Under the pieces are notes generated by a model. The model was not told the origin of the DNA. It saw only the letters and a program-made list of their open reading frames with translations, and made no database searches. A stretch of DNA of 64,000 bases from Hormiphora californensis. Lineage: Eukaryota > Animalia > Ctenophora. The position numbers and the translations under genes are program-made. Shown here piece by piece: positions 59,835-64,000 of this stretch (position 1 is the first letter of the stretch; each line of letters starts with the position of its first letter). The stretch covers positions 6,510,001-6,574,000 of the forward strand of contig CM035358.1 of NCBI GenBank assembly GCA_020137815.1, written 5' to 3'.

Positions 59835-61298
59835 ACCTGTACTACCATGGGCTGTGGAACAGGAATATTTCGCAATTCATCACTCACCCAAATTAATGGA
59901 TAGTATTTTTTTAATTAATAGCATTTAATGACATTGATTATGATATGGACAGAGAAAATGAACTGTATCCATTGGTTTTAATTTCGTTCAAACAGCCCTG
60001 GCAGTTACTGTTATTTTCATTTCTGCCTCAAAATACACTAAAAAGTAAAACTGACCGGCGAACGAACCAACAATTTCTTATCGTTAACCTTGTAATTCTC
60101 CCGGGTTTCTCCGAGAACCGAATGTGTATTTTATGCTATTTTATCCTTTTTACTATTTTATCCTTTTTACGATCGTGTTTCTTCTTTAGCCTCATAATTA
60201 TCTGTGTCATGTTAAGATTTACTCAATAAACTTCTCTCCTTTTAGCAGTAGCAGCCATGAAGTCGTTATACGGTGCCAAGATGTTATTCTGAACAGCTCC
60301 TTCAAGGACACATCTAAACTAAGGTACGATTTGTATTGATTTCCAAACGGCACCCTTTTTAAGTTTAGTCTTAGTTGCCTTAATGCCTTGCTCGACCCTG
60401 TCTCACCTGTATGAAGATTAAAGGCCTTGAACAATGTCTAGTTGAGGGATTAGAGAAACTTCCAAAAGTTTCAAAGGAGCGGTTGTTTAAACTTGCTACT
60501 CCTCACTTTTCCATGACCAGACCGTAGTATTGTGTATACTGAAGAATCTAAGGGGCAATTCAAAAAGGACGGCCAGGCCCCTAAGGGAAAGTTTCTTTTC
60601 TTTTGGAGTTCCCCTACATATGAGAATGGTGACTCTTATTTTGGGTATGACATCCCCTCATTTCTCTCCCTACTGCGCTGTACTCTCTCACGATGTTGTG
60701 CGTGCTACGTCTAGTTAGGTACGGGGGCGTCTAGTTAGGACTTAGGGATGGGGGCGAGTGAAAAGAGAGGGGACACCGTACCCAACCTCGTATCGGCATC
60801 ACACCAGTACTTAATTTTGTGATAACGTGATGATGTGGGTAGCGTATGCATATGGTTCATCCCTTGTCTTTTACTATTTTACCCCATTACAGTTTGTGTT
60901 GAGCTGCCTTGTGAGTTTCAGATGTGTGAACTATGTGCTTGTACTTGTGATAACGATCAGGTGATTCGTATTACAAAAGAGCTTCTGTGTTAGTTTCTAT
61001 CTTTGTAACTTTAATCCACGTGACCAAAAAACGTCATTTATATCAGTTATTATTTTTGTTTGCTTGGGGTCCATCAGTGTGGTCGGCTTTTTGACATAAT
61101 TTAGTTAACTTTTCCTTGACTTTATCCCAGCTATGGAGATGATAAGTCAGCTTTGTAGCTCAGCTGTCATTTAATTAGCATATTTTACGGTGGTATATTT
61201 GTTGGTTACAACTGATCATGATTGTTATTGAAATTGTACATTACTAGCCTCTCCTGTGTTAATTAATAATTGCTAATAACTAACTCTTGTAGCAAGCT

Positions 61299-61818
61299 AT
61301 GACTCTATAGTCGAATTTTTTAATCAAGGGACAGGGGCCGCGCATTTACAAAAGTCTTTTTGCGCGTGCTAAACGTTTTCGCTCATATCTCCTGTTCCTG
61401 ATAAGATAAAGACTTGGTCTTGGTTGCGTTGAAAAGGTCTTAAAATTATCTTTCCAACGCTTCCGGGTGCAAGTCTTAAGATTGCCAGGAACTCGATCTC
61501 GATTATCACGCGCAAATACAAAGCCGCGCGACCCCTCTGAATGCGCGGCCCCCTGTCCCTTGATTAAAAAATTCGACTTTAGGGGAACAACATGTTGATC
61601 TTGCAAAGGTGATGGTTAGTTTAGCAGAAATGCTGTCTCAGCTCGCTGATGTACAAGTGTGGGTGATACTGTTTGAGTTGGCGATAATAGGATTGGTCAT
61701 AGGCATGATAGGACTTGCACTGATGTTCTCGTTTGACTCCTACAAAAAAAATTTAAAAATGAAGAAAATGATGGAGAAGTTGTCGATAATGGAAATGAAA
61801 CTTGCGGAAAAAGCTTAA
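61299..61818 (+). CDS. TM/coiled-coil micro-protein E, split near its start by a MITE
   Basis: 61299-61307 joined to 61582-61818 gives MTLGEQHVDLAKVMVSLAEMLSQLADVQVWVILFELAIIGLVIGMIGLALMFSF…MKKMMEKLSIMEMKLAEKA*. Shares VSLAEM and KLS(V/I).E.K with protein B. Confidence 0.7.
61308..61579. mobile_element. TA-flanked MITE (Tc1/mariner-like)
   Basis: TIR AGTCGAATTTTTTAATCAAGGGACAGGGG(G)CCGCGCATT. TA at 61306-61307 and 61580-61581. Confidence 0.88.
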
Positions 61819-61907
61819 CTTGTGGACCAGGGAAAAGGATACTATCGTTGTCTAATATAGTCACCACCCAAGACTTCATATATTAGGAAGGTGTGGTTGT
61901 AATGACA

Positions 61908-64000
61908 GTGAGGACTCTGAGATCTGGATTTGTCAAGTGAGGACTCTGAGACCTGGATTTGTTAAGTGAGGACTCTGAGACCTGGATTTATTAAGTGAGG
62001 ACTCTGAGACCTGGATTTGTTAAGTGAGGACTCTGAGACCTGGATTTGTTAAGTGAGGACTCTGAGACCTGGATTTGTTAAGTGAGGACTCTGAGACCTG
62101 GATTTGTTAAGTGAGGACTCTGAGACCTGGATTTGTTAAGTGAGGACTCTGAGACCTGGATTTGTTAAGTGAGGACTCTGAGACCTGGATTTGTTAAGTG
62201 AGGACTCTGAGACCTGGATTTGTTAAGTGAGGACTCTGAGACCTGGATTTGTTAAGTGAGGACTCTGAGACCTGGATTTGTTAAGTGAGGACTCTGAGAC
62301 CTGGATTTGTTAAGTGAGGACTCTGAGACCTGGATTTGTTAAGTGAGGACTCTGAGACCTGGATTTGTTAAGTGAGGACTCTGAGACCTGGATTTGTTAA
62401 GTGAGGACTCTGAGACCTGGATTTGTTAAGTGAGGACTCTGAGACCTGGATTTGTTAAGTGAGGACTCTGAGACCTGGATTTGTTAAGTGAGGACTCTGA
62501 GACCTGGATTTGTTAAGTGAGGACTCTGAGACCTAGATTTGTTAAGTGAGGACTCTGAGACCTGGATTTGTTAAGTGAGGACTCTGAGACCTGGATTTGT
62601 TAAGTGAGGACTCTGAGACCTGGATTTGTTAAGTGAGGACTCTGAGACCTGGATTTGTTAAGTGAGGACTCTGAGACCTGGATTTGTTAAGTGAGGACTC
62701 TGAGACCTGGATTTGTTAAGTGAGGACTCTGAGACCTGGATTTGTTAAGTGAGGACTCTGAGACCTGGATTTGTTAAGTGAGGACTCTGAGACCTGGATT
62801 TGTTAAGTGAGGACTCTGAGACCTGGATTTGTTAAGTGAGGACTCTGAGACCTGGATTTGTTAAGTGAGGACTCTGAGATCTGGATTTGTTAAGTGAGGA
62901 CTCTGAGACCTGGATTTGTTAAGTGAGGACTCTGAGACCTGGATTTGTTAAGTGAGGACTCTGAGACCTGGGTTTGTTAAGTGAGGACTCTGAGACCTGG
63001 ATTTGTTAAGTGAGGACTCTGAGACCTGGATTTGTTAAGTGAGGACTCTGAGATCTGGATTTGTTAAGTGAGGACTCTGAGACCTGGATTTGTTAAGTGA
63101 GGACTCTGAGACCTGGATTTGTTAAGTGAGGACTCTGAGACCTGGATTTGTTAAGTGAGGACTCTGAGACCTGGATTTGTTAAGTGAGGACTCTGAGACC
63201 TGGATTTATTAAGTGAGGACTCTGAGACCTGGATTTGTTAAGTGAGGACTCTGAGACCTGGATTTGTTAAGTGAGGACTCTGAGACCTGGATTTGTTAAG
63301 TGAGGATTCTGAGATCTGGATTTGTTAAGTGAGGACTCTGAGACCTGGATTTGTTAAGTGAGGACTCTGAGACCTAGATTTGTTAAGTGAGGACTCTGAG
63401 ACCTGGATTTGTTGAGTGAGGACTCTGAGACCTGGATTTGTTAAGTGAGGACTCTGAGACCTGGATTTGTTAAGTGAGGACTCTGAGACCTGGATTTGTA
63501 AAGTGAGGACTCTGAGACCTGGATTTGTTAAGTGAGGACTCTGAGACCTGGATTTGTTAAGTGAGGACTCTGAGACCTGGATTTGTTAAGTGAGGACTCT
63601 GAGACCTGGATTTGTTAAGCGAAGACTCTGAGACCTGGATTTGTTAAGTGAGGACTCTGAGACCTGGATTTGTTAAGTGAGGACTCTGAGACCTGGATTT
63701 GTTAAGTGAGGATTCTGAGACCTGGATTTGTTAAGTGAGGACTCTGAGACCTGGATTTGTTAAGTGAGGACTCTGAGACCTGGATTTGTTAAGTGAGGAC
63801 TCTGAGACCTGGATTTGTTAAGTGAGGACTCTGAGACCTGGATTTATTAAGTGAGGACTCTGAGACCTGGATTTGTTAAGTGAGGACTCTGAGACCTGGA
63901 TTTGTTAAGTGAGGACTCTGAGACCTGGATTTGTTAAGTGAGGACTCTGAGACCTGGATTTGTAAAGTGAGGACTCTGAGACCTGGATTTGTTAAGTGAG
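61908..64000. repeat. 29-bp satellite (GTGAGGACTCTGAGACCTGGATTTGTTAA)n, ~72 units, runs off the window
   Basis: Highly homogeneous tandem array with no spacers. Confidence 0.98.

Noticed and set aside
60510-60995. Possible Cys-rich plus-strand exons between micro-genes C and E
   Set aside because: Acceptor-like sites exist, but there is no recognisable homology, start codon or consistent phase partner.
61908-64000. CRISPR-like 29-bp repeat
   Set aside because: Units are contiguous with no unique spacers and no cas genes, in a eukaryotic context.

Overview
Eukaryotic, intron-rich and repeat-rich animal genomic DNA. Two short interspersed repeats resemble ones I recall from Pleurobrachia-type ctenophore gene models, so a ctenophore source is likely but is inference only. 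(1) A plus-strand PLEKHM2/SKIP-like gene: 12 phase-consistent C-terminal exons at 12340-27271, with partial duplicate copies at 978-3620 and 41545-43525 that look like uncollapsed haplotypes. Antisense genes sit within or just upstream of it: a tandem ShK+Sushi secreted-protein family and an OST-alpha-like membrane gene. (2) A minus-strand 14-exon gene at 48906-57146 encoding mucin repeats, a C-type lectin, an Ig domain, a vWD domain and a C8 domain. (3) An intact RTE LINE, a 5'-truncated L2/CR1-group LINE, many MITEs, a Helitron, a Helentron-type HINE and several mini/satellites. Three observations stand out. First, an array of tiny single-TM/coiled-coil ORFs at 57.4-61.8 kb, most starting two bases after a splice-acceptor-like AG (AG-CT-ATG); two are split by transposons whose removal restores the frame. 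Second, an 11.6-kb ORF-less nested-palindrome (foldback) insertion built from E2F-like TTGGCGCCAA motifs. Third, three unrelated elements that each carry an internal inverted copy of their own circle junction. Sequence at about 1-7500 and 28100-35100 is error-rich, so details there are uncertain.
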